This document shows positions 15,101-27,166 of a stretch of 64,000 bases of DNA, piece after piece (positions within the stretch are counted from its first letter, which is position 1; every line of letters starts with the position of its first letter). The translations under genes and the position numbers were made by a program. A model generated the notes under the pieces. That model had not been told where the DNA came from. It was given only the letters and a program-made list of their open reading frames with translations, and ran no database searches. This DNA comes from Laetmonice hystrix (lineage: Eukaryota), in assembly GCA_965235115.1 (NCBI GenBank), contig OZ249436.1:3970001-4034000 (forward strand). Reading direction: 5' to 3'.

Positions 15101-18100
15101 CGTTCCTCCTCCACCTCCGCCCGAGTTTGTAGCTCCGTCTACACCTGCAAACAACAAGTTTAACAAGGATAAGACTGGCAAGGACGTCCCAACATCTCCA
15201 GGTAACTACTTAACCTGATCATTGGTCTGACTTCTTTCTCATGAGGGAAACTTGTCGATCTCTTCTACTTGTGGCAATGAGCTATTTTGGTTTTGAGAGA
15301 GACCAATAGAAAAGCTATTTGTATGCTAATTATAACACCTGTTGTTGTGCAGACTTTGTGCGGCCGTACGATCTTCGTGCACGTTCAGTATCAACAGCAA
15401 TCAGCATGAGTGACTTGACGGTGACTCCTGGGGCAGAGGGTCGCTACATCTCTCGACTAAGGTAATTTTACATTTACTCTGTAAAACCTAAACGGCACGG
15501 CTCAACATTCGCCGGAGGATGTACTCTCCTCCATTTATATAATGATCTTCATTGTTTGCATTAGGATACTCATCCAGCTGTGTGCTAGCTTCACTCTTGA
15601 TCTAATATTCTGCTATCTTCTCTCAGCATGGGGCAGACACCTAAGAAGAGTCCTACAGATACCGAGATGAGTTGTGCAACGACAGACAGTGCGACCTCGG
15701 TCAGATCAAAGCCTGCTCGGTTAAGCATGAGTAGTAACTTCTCGAGCTTCAATCCTAACCGATCTCGGAATGTTCCATGTAAGTATTAAAGTAATCATAA
15801 AAATAAAGAATATATATGGATTATTGATTTATTATCGACGTGTTTGAAGAGATATTCAGGCCTGTGATTTTTCCGGTTTTTGCCGGATTTTCGGCTTTTT
15901 TTGTATCCAAAAGTTAGCCCTCTGTGATTGATGCAAACCCGTTGAGATCTTATAATTCATATGTAGGGGGGTGGGTGTAAAACTTGTCCAAATGGGTCAA
16001 AACTCGCCAGCAAATGGTTGGAAATCATTCCAGTATTAACATTAATGAAACCTCCAAAATGCATCAGATTGCACCATTTTAAACAAGAAATTGTCATATT
16101 TTTCGCCGAGGGAGGGGACACCCCTCCCACACCAGGTGCAGGTCCTGCCACTAGTTGCACCACAAAAGTTCAGATTTTTTCTCCTTCACCTGATCACACC
16201 CCTGGATATTGAATGGATACAACATATGCCCCTTATTGTATAGAGTGTTATGGCTGAGATGTTTTAAGGTCTGTGTTTGATATGAATGACAAATATTGAT
16301 ATTGTATAGATGTTTTAAGGTCTGTGTTTGATATGAATGACAAATATTGATATTGTATAGATGTTTTAAGGTCTGTGTTTGATATGAATGACAAATATTG
16401 ATATTGTATAGATGTTTTAAGGTCTGTGTTTGATATGAATGACAAATATTGATATTGTATAGATGTTTTAAGGTCTGTTTGATATGAATGACAAATATTG
16501 ATATTGTATAGATGTTTTAAGGTCTGTGTTTGATATGAATTTTTTCCCTCCCTGGTGTCTCCAGTTGGAATGGGTGCTCTCTTCTCGGAGGAAAACGAAC
16601 CTCCGGAGATGGAGTGGACACGGCTATCCGAGATTCAACGCCGTAACACGCTGTGTTTACCACACCTCAAGTCAAGTTACCCCGCCGAGCTACAAACAAC
16701 AAAACCATCCAAAATATCTGAGAAAGATCTGCAGCGAGGTGACCCATTGAACTTATCTCAGCTGGAGCATCCCAACACCCGGGGCCACGTCCGTAAAAGG
16801 TCGTCAACGGATATGCTTGTACTGGAGGAAGAGGAGGAGAACCGGAGAAAGGTGGGTTGGCTTTGAGATCTCCTCTGTTCTTCTATAAACTACCTGGGTT
16901 TATATTTCAGACATGGCAGTTTTCTGTGGATCGGTGCATTTCCACTTTTGTCTCGGCCAAAATCATCTTTTCTGAGATATATTGAAATATCAAAATGTAT
17001 ATGTTGGGGTTGGGGGTGAAAACTTGCCTAAATTCTTCACAACTATGCCATTGAGTCAATCCAACCAATAAAATGTCAATATCTATCTATACTCAAGGGA
17101 GAGAGGACCAGGGTGTTGTCCCTGGGTCATAATGGGAGCCTAGGTGGCCCCCATACCAAGCCCTATTGTCAGCCTTACGTCGATGGCGCACATTCTCCTC
17201 AAGCTAGATCACTCTCATGTTTGATTTTACGAAACAGATTATTATTAATTAGAAAATATTTGTAATTCATGTAACGAGGAGATAGGGTGATTGTGTGTAA
17301 ATATGATTGTTTGATAATTTATTCAGTGTCCGTGGCCTCGTAGACAGGTAAGCCTACACCAGAGGTGAATGCAGTACTAATATTAGTTGTCCTAGTTCCA
17401 CACAGCCTTGCCCTTTTTCTGTTGACTTTCCTAACCTTGCCATATCTTATTGTGTTTGTGCAGACCATAGCTGGCGTACAGACCCGAGCTAACTCTGCCC
17501 TCGGGGGTTCCTCGGGGGTTTCCCTCAAGGTTTATCCCCACTACAGCCCCAAGGGGGGTAACCCCAAGCACAAGGTCGCCCGTAGCTCTCCCAGAGGGGC
17601 GCTCCCAGCTGGGATGGGCCGGACACCAGGACGACGCGAGACTGCTCAGGCTAACAATCCCAAACCAGCCACTCCTCGCAGGATCACACCCCAGAAAAAG
17701 GGAAACACCCCACAACATCGTAGAAACACACCACAGAAGAAAGCAGGAAAATCAAGCAAAGAAAATGAGGGTGCACAGGTTGGAAATCTATATTGGCATT
17801 ATAACCGGGCAACTCGCGCAAAATATTGTTAGGTGATATTGGCAATATTGTGGGTTGACATATTCTTATGTATGGCCACGCTTAAAATTTGAAAGGGGCT
17901 TATATATGAACATTTAGTGAAGTTTGAGAAAAATCCTTTATCATTTAGTCAATAATTAGGACACTAACTGCAGCCATCCTGCTTGTCTAACGAATGCTTT
18001 AGTACAATAATACATAAGCTTATGGATTTATGGATATGCAGTGTGCTGGCTTTGAATGCTTTGAGGGGTGAAAGGCTGCTAAAGTAAAGCATTGTGACTG

Positions 18101-21100
18101 GCTCAATACACCCTTTCAGACTCTAAATCTTGCCATTTTAAATAATGTTCATATTCTTTAAATAATTGTGTCACCGTCGTTTCCACGTGGCAGCAGCACT
18201 ATCGCCCCCGTGCCCGTGGCGAAACATAAGTGTGGCATTAGATAGGATGACGAAATGCTAATCTGAGGCTGGATGCCGTAGTGCTATTTGTTATGAACTA
18301 TTGTGGTGCATTTAGGAGCTCTTTAACATCGTCGAGCCTATCGAGACATTTTTTCATAACAAATAGTCCATCTGAACACATTTCCCAATATCCTGTCAGA
18401 TCTCATGAACCTGTGCACCCATAATCTATGTACCTCACAGGTGTCCCTGGGATTTAAAGAAGTATTGAGGAATTTTTCCTGCCACTTTAAGGGTGCACAG
18501 GTTAATGAGGGCTGACCACATTGTGATGTCTCCTTTAATTTTTACATATTCTAAAATAGTATTACCACCACTTAAGTTTCTAATAGGTGATTTCCAATCG
18601 ATCTTATTGAACTCTGAATTTTGAAATTGTAGGGAAAGATGCCACTGAAGGAGGCCATGTCATTTAACATTGGTTTTACGCCCAAGAAGTCGACAAGACG
18701 TCTGACGAATTTCATTCGGGGGAAGAAGAAAGCCATAGACGAGACTCCTAAGGTGAGTTCCCTCGTAAAATTGTTCGAGAATCGTGCCACTGTGCATCCA
18801 TCCCCCACTCCTTCCAGAGCTTTGAAAAGGGTGTGCAGATCATCAGTCTTCCAAACACCCACGGTTAACGGGTTTCCTTCGACTACGCGTGATCCATGCA
18901 AGCTCAAGTTAGAATTTGAGGGATTGGAAGTTGCTACAAGTCAACCATGTCAACCCCCAGCTCTGTGCCTCTCTCAACATTGCTCCAGTTTGCCAGGTAA
19001 AGATGAGGATGATCCCAATGACCAGGAATTATCTGAAGTCTTCCTTATTGCTGGAAACCTAGCTCACCTAAACCCTATTGGACAAAACGGGACAAAAGTT
19101 TCACAGGAGAAAGGACGTGTAAGCCAAGCGAGGGATGTGGATTTGAGGCAGCCAAACTGGTCACAGTATGAGGACAGGAGGCGGTCCAGAGCCAGTGAGC
19201 GGAGGATTTCAAAGGATGGAGACAGAAGACGGTCCAAAGATGGCAACCGGAGGCGGTCCAGAGAATTAGAGAGAAGAAGATCAAAAGAGCTGGACAGGGT
19301 AAGCTCAAGGGATGTGGATAGGAAAAGAGCAAAAGACATGGACAGGCTATTTTCAAGAGAGCTTGAGGAAGGCATTCCGGCAAAACTTCAAAAGTTAGCC
19401 TTGGGTTCACTAACACCCAAGACCCCAATAGGTGCTTTAACAAATGGAAGACCCTATTTAAGGAATTCAGAAAAGGTAATATCGCTTTCAAATGATGTTG
19501 AAAAGAAGATGCTGAAAGGAATAGGTCACCTCACAGGGACGCTTGTTAAAAGGGCAAAGGAAATATTTTCTCCTTTACCTCAGAAAAAGGCTATGAAAAA
19601 CTTGTCAGAGACTATATTGTCAAAAACACAAACTCCAGTAAACTCGCCAAAGCTGCGACAACAAAATCCTAAAGTCACCAAATGGAGCCTTGATATATAG
19701 GGCAGAAACTGTGGACAAAAGTAAATCCTATGCACTTCAAAGAAAAGATTTTTTTTTTTAAATGAATGAAATGAAATCCTTGTTTTGAAGAATTTACTAT
19801 AAAGGAGAGTTAGGAATTTACAATGTGCATGTTTCTATGAATGAGGTGCTTGTTATGGGTGAACTAACCTAAACCTGTAGTTTTGAAATTATAAACATTT
19901 TCAAACGTATTATTTCTTGCTTAATACTAAATGATTTCGTAGTCCTGAATTAGGATTGCCATGTTTCAGGAACGAGGTCCTTGACTGTTACTTTTTCCAT
20001 TCACCCCCCCCCCCTTCCTTTTTGTATGTAACTCAAAAGGCTGAAAATGAAAAGTATATTATGTCTTTCTGTGTTTGCCCTTGCCCCCCCCCCCCCTAAA
20101 CAAACTAAAGTTAGCGGAGGATTAGTGGCAACTAAATTATTTGTATATTACTGGTATGTTGGTAAATAAATTTGAAATATTGAGAATCATGATTTTGTGT
20201 TTGAATATCTTAGTCGTAAAACTAAAATATCCAGCTGAAAATACAGTTCTCTGGTTACCAAATAACAGAAACAAATTTTCTTCAGAGCAGTCAGATTTAA
20301 AATGACTACTTGTACATTAAGAGCAATCTCATAAGTGTGGAGAGTATGCGACAGGTTTCCGTTTAGTTAGTGCCAGCAGTTGTTTGACTGTGCTGTGTGG
20401 ATTGATGCGACAGACTCGGTTCTATGGTAGACTGGTAACAACCGTCAATGAGAGGACCTCTGTACAATGAATGTTGAGTTTTCTCTCTCTCTCTGCAGTC
20501 AGGAATCTCAAATTGACACCATGTCTGACCGTCACGGTAAATACTTAAGAAATCAGTGCAGTATATCGTGCCAACAGTTATCGGTGTGTGCTCCTGGTCA
20601 TGGTTTCTAGTGCTCTAAGCAAACATACAGGGTTCAACATTGAATGTAGTGGCTTTCTGCTTGGCTTTTAATTTTATTACAGCCAGATATCATCGGAATT
20701 ATTTGGACAAGGGACATGTAAACCATGATTTCGAGGGGCAGTAAAAAAATGGAAGTTTATGCAATAAGAGTTAACTTTTCAATAAATGTTCAACCCTGAC
20801 CAGTTTTTCACTGTGTGGGTGCGGTATAGTGTGCTGGGGCAGAGGGCACTTGGGAATTTCAAGGGATTTACTCTAAAAATTGTGCATCCATACTAGACTT
20901 TTGGCCAGTCCGTACTATTTTGGACGACACTTAAACTTAGCCATCCACAGTTGTACGGTACCTCGGATAGAAGAAAGATCGGTCCCCTTTGCCTGCTAGT
21001 CTACTGCCAGGCCGATGTGTGAAACCCACAGCACAGTACAAACGCACCCATACATTTAGTTCTAAGTGAAGCAGGCGTAGCATTAAATTTGTGCTGGTAA

Positions 21101-21550
21101 TTTATTATGTAAACCCTGTTTTAACATACCGTAACCCAGGAAGGTCATCACAAGGTTTGGATATTGGTTCCTGGCAGTGTTGATAGTGTATTTGTTTTCA
21201 CTGCACCAAAGCACCTCAAGATACGTTGTATTTGCACCGAGTGTCACACCATTGTTACAATATTATCCCATTTGTCTAACATTGTTTGACATCAGTACTT
21301 CCCGATCATGTGTCCACTGTCAGAGGTCATTCTTTTGTTAAATTAGACAATTCTGTTTTTCCATTCGCTAAAGACTTGAATAATTGCACACATCCTGTTA
21401 ATGATCTTTCTCCTTGTAATAAATTCAGTCGAGCCATGTTAGTCAAGGAATAGTGATTATAGAATTTGTTTGTGATGTCATCTTCGGTTGTCATTCCAGG
21501 TGATGAAGGGCTCAAAGAAACCGCTTGGAGAAAACAATGAACGACGTTAG
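192..21550 (+). CDS. NUMA1: Nuclear mitotic apparatus protein (NuMA)-like, multi-exon, 5'-partial
   Basis: Phase-consistent GT-AG exons: 192-262, 492-571, 808-997, 3200-3313, 3883-4031, 5280-5403, 5541-5670, 5962-6067, 6346-6648, 6855-8618, 8769-8948, 9451-9588, 10206-12863, 13128-13295, 13601-13810, 13963-14103, 14472-14706, 15022-15201, 15353-15461, 15627-15778, 16565-16851, 17464-17778, 18633-18752. It then either reads through to TAG at 19700 or splices to 21500-21550. NuMA-like motifs: CH-domain end EIAK|VFLLLMSAS, SPMSPVQQMVQSP before the coil, LTNQVCSLEAQLDH at the coil end, WTRLSEIQRRNTLCLPHLKSSYPAE (cf. vertebrate RIAELQQRNRVCPPHLKTCYPLE) and AMSFNIGFTPKK (cf. SMAFSILNTPKK). Confidence 0.88.
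2585..2870. repeat. Dispersed repeat fragment (second copy at ~28030-28290)
   Basis: Shares ggtcatgcatatt, cattcaaaatggccacttggtgg, catttggag, gaaggcatatgag and catgccaat, in the same order, with 28030-28290. Confidence 0.7.
4045..4950. mobile_element. Non-autonomous hAT-like element with (ATTACT)n subterminal repeats
   Basis: TIRs CAGGGATGGG...CCCATCCCTG; perfect 8-bp TSD CAAATTTA (4037-4044 and 4951-4958). Confidence 0.85.
4306..4465. mobile_element. MITE nested in the hAT element (5-bp TSD)
   Basis: TIRs CATTAGCGTACCCAG / CTGGGTACGCCACTG, flanked by GCTCT. Removing it restores the host motif gcagctcttgtgagctg. Confidence 0.75.
6855..8618 (+). CDS. NUMA1: NuMA exon: Cys-rich 14-aa (42-bp) tandem-repeat coiled coil
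   Basis: Acceptor ttag at 6854, donor gtaagt at 8619. 1764 nt, phase 0/0, no stop. Consensus ELTCRCDELTSVNS. Confidence 0.85.
8981..9128. mobile_element. Small CAG...CTG MITE
   Basis: TIRs CAGGCCTTGAATTA / TAATTCGAGGCCTG; flanks TAGGTC/TAGGCC (6 bp, 1 mismatch). Confidence 0.65.
10206..12863 (+). CDS. NUMA1: NuMA large coiled-coil exon (886 codons)
   Basis: gacag acceptor, gtaaat donor, phase 0/0. E/Q/L/K-rich heptad sequence matching ORF 10209-12884. Confidence 0.9.
15857..16204. mobile_element. CAG...CTG MITE with 6-bp TSD
   Basis: TIRs CAGGCCTGTGAT / ATCACACCCCTG; GATATT on both sides. Confidence 0.7.
16257..16540. repeat. 51-bp minisatellite (~5.5 copies) ending ~25 nt before a NuMA acceptor
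   Basis: Unit agatgttttaaggtctgtgtttgatatgaatgacaaatattgatattgtat. Confidence 0.95.
16565..16851 (+). CDS. NUMA1: NuMA tail exon with the conserved microtubule-binding-region motif
   Basis: GMGALFSEENEPPEMEWTRLSEIQRRNTLCLPHLKSSYPAELQ; ccag acceptor and gtgggt donor. Confidence 0.88.
18395..18516. mobile_element. Short inverted-repeat element
   Basis: gtcagatctcatgaacctgtgcaccc ... gggtgcacaggttaatgagggctgac are imperfect inverted repeats. Confidence 0.55.
18633..19700 (+). CDS. NUMA1: NuMA terminal exon, long read-through form (internal donor after 18752)
   Basis: Phase-0 acceptor at 18632 and an open frame to TAG at 19700; AATAAA at 20165. The first 40 codons carry AMSFNIGFTPKK, followed by a consensus AAG|GTGAGT donor. 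Confidence 0.7.
   Translation, partial: GKMPLKEAMSFNIGFTPKKSTRRLTNFIRGKKKAIDETPKVSSLVKLFENRATVHPSPTPSRALKRVCRSSVFQTPTVNGFPSTTRDPCKLKLEFEGLEVATSQPCQPPALCLSQHCSSLPGKDEDDPNDQELSEVFLIAGNLAHLNPIGQNGTKVSQEKGRVSQARDVDLRQPNWSQYEDRRRSRASERRISKDGDRRRSKDGNRRRSRELERRRSKELDRVSSRDVDRKRAKDMDRLFSRELEEGIPAKLQKLALGSLTPKTPIGALTNGRPYLRNSEKVISLSNDVEKKMLKGIGHLTGTLVKRAKEIFSPLPQKKAMKNLSETILSKTQTPVNSPKLRQQNPKVTKWSLDI
21500..21550 (+). CDS. NUMA1: Putative alternative NuMA terminal exon (VMKGSKKPLGENNERR*)
   Basis: tcattccag acceptor in phase 0 with the 18752 donor; AATAAA signals downstream at ~24313 and ~24584-24602. Confidence 0.5.
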   Translation: MMKGSKKPLGENNERR

Positions 21551-22109
21551 ACTGACCGGGGGTTGTTCAGAGGGTAAGGGCCCCCTTGTCGACACGGTAA
21601 CTCTGACCTTGTCGTTTGACGTAGGATGACATCGGGTTCTGTTCCGGGGGGTTCATAAAAACCCTCCAGCCTTCCACCATCGGGAACGTGCATGCTTCAT
21701 CAAAACATCTTCAAGAACACTTTCCCAGCTCAGACACAGAAATCATGAAGCCATCAACAAATTTGGTGGATTATATTGTTTAACCTTGACATATTTGTAT
21801 CAGCGTTCTGCTACTCATTTGGAAATGGCCTTATGATTTACAATACTATGGTATCCATGATTTGTATTATATGATGCACTGTAAATGTATTTATGACATA
21901 GATTTAGTGCTGTAGGTGTAGAACTAGAAACACGTTGGAATTAGCAGTCAGCAACCCATGATTAGCCAGAAACTGGTTAATTAGTATTTGAAGGCCTGCG
22001 GTAAGCATTGGACTCCTGGTTGGGTTCTTCTTTATTAGTATTTGTAATGTCGGGATAATTACCATCCTTCCACATGTGCCTTGAGCGTTTGATCAGGACC
22101 AAACCAGTT

Positions 22110-23188
22110 GGAAACTTGGATGTAATCCACATACCTTGAGCCGTAGTTTCCTCAGAAAACATGGATGTAATCCACATACCTTGAGCCGTAGTTTTCTCCG
22201 AAAACTTGGATGTACTCCTCATGACTTGAGCCGTAGTTTTCTCAGAAAACTTCGATGTAATCCTCACGACTTGAGCCGTAGTTTTCTCAGAAAACTTGGA
22301 TGTAATCTTCATGACTTGCGCTGTAGTTTTCCCTGAAAACCTGGATGTAATCCTCACGACTTGAGCCGTAGTTTTCTCAGAAAACTTGGATGTAATCCAC
22401 ATACCTTGAACCGTAGTTTTCTCTGAAAACACGGATGTAATCCACATACCTTGAGCCGTAGTTTTCTCTGAAAACACGGATGTAATCCACATACCTTGAG
22501 CCGTAGTTTTCTCAGAAAACTTGGATGTAATCTTCATGACTTGCGCTGTAGTTTTCCCTGAAAACCTGGATGTAATCCTCACGACTTGAGCCGTAGTTTT
22601 CTCAGAAAACTTGGATGTAATCCACATACCTTGAACCGTAGTTTTCTCTGAAAACTTGGATGTAATCCTCATGACTTGAGCCGTAGTTTCCTCAGAAAAC
22701 ATGGATGTAATCCACATACCTTGAGCCGAAGTTTTCTCTGAAAACTTGGATGTACTCCTCATGACTTGAGCCGAAGTTTTCTCAGAAAACATGGATGTAA
22801 TCCACATACCTTGAGCCATAGTTTTCTCTGAAAACTTGGATGTAATCCACATACCTTGAGCCGTAGTTTTCTCTGAAAACTTGGATGTAATCCACATACC
22901 TTGAGCCATAGTTTTCTCTGAAAACTTGGATGTAATCCACATCCCTTGAGCCGTAGTTTTCTCTGAAAACACGGATGTAATCCACATACCTTGAGCCGTA
23001 GTTTTCTCTGAAAACACGGATGTAATCCACATACCTTGAGCCGTAGTTTTCTCTGAAAACCTGGATGTACTCCATGACTTGAGCCGTAGTTTTTCCTGAA
23101 AACTTGGATGTAATCCTCATGACTTGAGCCGTAGTTTTCTCAGAAAACCTGGATGTAATCCTCATGACTTGAGCCGTAGTTTTCTCAG
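22110..23188. repeat. 45-bp minisatellite (~24 copies) in the probable long NuMA 3' UTR
   Basis: Unit cttgagccgtagttttctcagaaaacttggatgtaatccacatac, with an internal GTTTTC-nnn-GAAAAC palindrome. Confidence 0.95.
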
Positions 23189-24668
23189 TTTTATGGGGGT
23201 ACTTTTATACCTTTTCTGCCAGTTTCAAAAGTTTCTTGATGGTCACTCTTGTTATTTTAGGCTGCTCAAAACCATTTTATCTAAGGAATTTTTGTCTGGT
23301 TACCCCCACAATTCTGTCTATTGCAATATTTTTATCAAAATGCGGATAATTTCGGATAAAATGGCATGCCTTTTATGGAAAGGAAAAATATGCTCTTCTG
23401 CAAGACCCAAAGGTACTTAGTGAGAGAAAGTCGTTTTTCGTCAAACATTGCCACAGGGATAGCGAAGGAGCAGCATTGTAAATAAGTGTCTTAGTTCATG
23501 TAAGCTGTCAAAATGTACATAGCTTAACGAAGATTAGAAAAAAATATTTAGAGAGCAAACTAAAGGTCTTGAACTAAATGATGATGAGAAAACATGTTTA
23601 AAGAAGAAAGATGTTGAGTTGAAATATTCAGATGTTACACTGTGGTTGATTAATAACTGGTTGAAGGATTGAATTGGTACAGTTTTACTCTGTCAGTATG
23701 AATGACTTGACTGTGCCGTCGTGATGTTAGTGCAAAGTGTAAGTGTGACAGGGTAACTGGCCAGAATCCTGGACAATCATGTGCCATGATGTAGACTTGT
23801 CAAAGTTACATGAGCGCCTGACCTCCTAGATGTTGAGGTAAAGGTCTTCCAATCCAACATTGTAGTCTCTGAGATATCAGTTCAGCGTTATTACTGGTAA
23901 CTATTGCTTATTTATCAGATGTTACGCAACATCAAAATCTTCAAGATGTGCTTTCATTGCCAGAGCTTTAACCAAAAGATTTTTAATAGCTCTTTTAATG
24001 ATTGTATTCATGTGTATTTCATAGCAAATAGCGGTTTAGCGTTAAGCTAGCCTTACACAAGACTATTTTTAATATTTAATTTAAAATGTATATAAAGTTG
24101 TAGAAAAATCATGGTTTTACTCCCTGTCGTATTTTGTTTGGTTGTCAGATGTACTTGCACTAGTTGGCGTTTAGTAGTAGGGTATGTGTATTACTGTTAG
24201 TGTGAATGATAGCAGCATTAGAATCCTTTCTTATAGTATTCTATACATTTTCGATACACGATACACTGTAACCCAGCATAATAAGTACTTCATAAATTTA
24301 TTTATATTAATGAATAAAGTCCAATAGGTATGTTGTCTCTTCAAATCATACAGGCCACATATTGATAATGCATAATTAATTAAACATTTTCATTTTGTAG
24401 CTGTTTTATACTGACCAAGTTAGCCAGGTTCCACATGTAATGCAAGCCTTGTTAGCACGCTTCTTGTTGAAATGTTGAATCATGACAGTTCACACCCACA
24501 TTCTGGGTTCCTGCGTCTTATTCTAATCATGGCGATATCCTACTACTTTATTTTGTATATAGTCGCAATCCGAGGGAGCTTGTAATAAAGATTCTTAATA
24601 AACCTTTTCTTGTATTTTCGGTGAGTTCTTGAAGATAACTGGAACAGAAGGGTCTTGCATGAACTTAA

Positions 24669-25095
24669 AGGGATGGAAAACACCCACGGCAAATAAGGTT
24701 TCGTAGACCGAATGAAACACCAGCATTTACCTCAGGACAATAAATGCCACAATTACATTGTCTGAATGAAGTAATTAACGTGTAAACGCCCGATGTGTGA
24801 CGCCGCTGGTTCTGCTTGTGTGTTCATATTACCTCGGACGTTTACAAACGTTGGGACTCCAAATATCGTGTAGACAAGGTCTGTGAGCAGAGTAACACTT
24901 AATGTTACGCAATACGCCGCGGTGTGCAGCATTCGGCTTCGATGAACACACAAGAAGGTCAAGGTTAGAACCAGCGGCGTCATACATCAGGCGGTTACAC
25001 GTTAATTACTTCATTCAGACAACGCAATTGTGGCATTTATGCTGGTGTTTCATTTGGTCTACGAAAGCTTATTTGCCGTGGGTGTTGCCCTGCCT
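24669..25095. mobile_element. Kolobok-type palindromic MITE
   Basis: TTAA|AGG...CCT|TTAA; ~130-145 bp imperfect TIRs (cacccacggcaaataag...cttatttgccgtgggtg; ttgtctgaatgaagtaattaacgtgtaa...ttacacgttaattacttcattcagacaa). Confidence 0.85.
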
Positions 25096-25146
25096 TTAAA
25101 GCGACACTCGTCCTTTAGCGTAGTGCGATAGGCTTCGATCCGCAGA

Positions 25147-25320
25147 AGGATAAAAGCAGCACCGCTGAGTGCCCTGAGGGCCATATTGTGGTGGGTGCCC
25201 TCAGGGCATATTATTCTACAACTGTATAATTAAAATGGATGCTCTGCAGAGGCCAGATCCATGCGCAGAGCAGGCGGCCGCCCTCAGGGACAGGGCACTC
25301 GGCGGTGCTGCGTTTATCCT
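25147..25320. mobile_element. Small foldback element
   Basis: aggataaaagcagcaccgctgagtgccctg is inverted as cagggcactcggcggtgctgcgtttatcct; internal tgccctgagggc/gccctcagggca. Confidence 0.6.
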
Positions 25321-27166
25321 GCCTTCCATCCTAACGGTCGATTTACTAATAAAGGTTATGCAGGTTATTTCGGAGGGACAACAAACCGAGGTACATTTAA
25401 AAATAGACCCTGGACAATAGAAGCAAATGGACGGTGACCCGACTCCGCCAATGCCCATGCACATAAACATAACCATACTCTTTCCATCCAAATGACGTCA
25501 CTGCATAACCTCTCCAGCATCGGGACTGGCGTCTATAAATAGCGCATGGACCGCTCAATGCTGAAGGACGAGACTGTCGCTTTAATGATAAAACCATTGA
25601 CCCCCCAACATGCTGACATTGCCTTGACGAATTCCCCCGAACTCGGAAAGAGCTTTTAGTCCCCAATATCGGCGATCCCTGTATGTAGACAGCGATTTCT
25701 CAGAAATGTATGGGTCAAATTGTATGAAACTTACACAATAATCGGGGACAGTCTGAGGATGCACGCATCAGCCATCTTACATGCAGCCATCTTACATGTA
25801 CGAGTACTCAGTAGGCACATTTCGATCAATAACCCAAGCAAAATAAGCCCGATTTCTGTCAAATTAGACCCTAGGTGCAAAGGGGCATCGGAGTGGATTT
25901 ATGTATGCCAATTTAGTCACCACATCGCAGTACGAGCGAATTATGAGTGCCATTATCAAGCGCCATGGTTGAGTGGACACGGGCGAGTCCCAACGACAAT
26001 GACCACCACAGATCTAAGTGGTGGCAACCAAAAGTGGCAACCTCTATTGGGATCACTCGCTGTCGGTATTGGTAGATAGCCTACCGCCACTCCCTTGTGA
26101 ACCTCATCAACCTCGGTGGACCTCAACACTCGGGTTTACACCCTCTTCTTTCGGCCCACCTCGGTGTGATGTGACACATCGGTGGACCTCAACACCTGGG
26201 TTGACACCCTCTTGTCTTGGCCCATCTCGCGTCACGAGGCGACATGTCGCTTTAATCTCAGACGACTGAGAAGCGTACATTGACCACCCCTTGTCACGAC
26301 TCATATAGCATAAAGTAGCAGTGGCGTTTAAGCTTGGTGGAACACATTTCTCACCGAAGTTGCGTCGAAATATATTTAAGGGACCTAGAAAGTTCTAACT
26401 GCACATAATAAATAATATTTTCTAATTATCTTAGCCTATAACTTTATTGAAAAAGTAATGCCCCGAATTCAGTAGGCCTAAATATATGAGAAAAGCAGAA
26501 AGCGATCAAGAACAAGGTTGATCATTGGTACCACCATGAAAAGGTGGTGGTCACACCGGTCACGGTACTTGACTTTCTATGGCCGGTCGGGGCGACTCGG
26601 ACGAGTCCCAAGATCCAAATATATTCAACTGGACCAACGAACCCAGCGTCATTTAGGGGTGTTCGCCATTCATTTCTCAAACTGCCAACGTGATGACTAA
26701 GTGAGATAGACCACGGCCACCCCTCATGTCTGTCTCCATGCAGGTTTACACCTCTGGCTTCACCCTCGGATCCTATCCCTCAGATCAAAGCAAATATGGC
26801 GGCCATATTTGTTTACACCACCACCTCCCCAATTATTTCCTCGATTTCTGTCCGAGATAAGGCACTTCCTGTTTTTTGTCTGCATTGGGCTACTTCTCAC
26901 CACAGACAGTGGCGCCCGCATGCGAGCAGGTTGAGCCTTTGATAGCGTGCTGGCCGAGCACGGGGCAGGGCCAGTGAAGACAATAGTACTGGAACGACCC
27001 AACCTTTCCCTGCTACGCATACGAGGATTATTTTAGGCACATTGGGAAACAGCAGTATACCATTTTAGCAAATTTTGAATTTTGGAATTTGTCCCCATGT
27101 CTCTCACCACTTAAACAATGTTAGTGACTCTCACATAACCAGACTGAAAGTGTGGGATCACTTTAA

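Noticed and set aside
20286..20353. Another possible NuMA cassette exon (ttcag|agc...acag|gtttcc)
   Set aside because: Weak donor, and all candidate acceptors give a stop within five codons; not supportable without transcripts.
21977..23165. 351-aa minus-strand ORF (MWITSKFSEKTTAQG)n
   Set aside because: Results from a stop-free 45-bp unit. A frameshifted unit sits at ~23070, and there is no splice or homology support.
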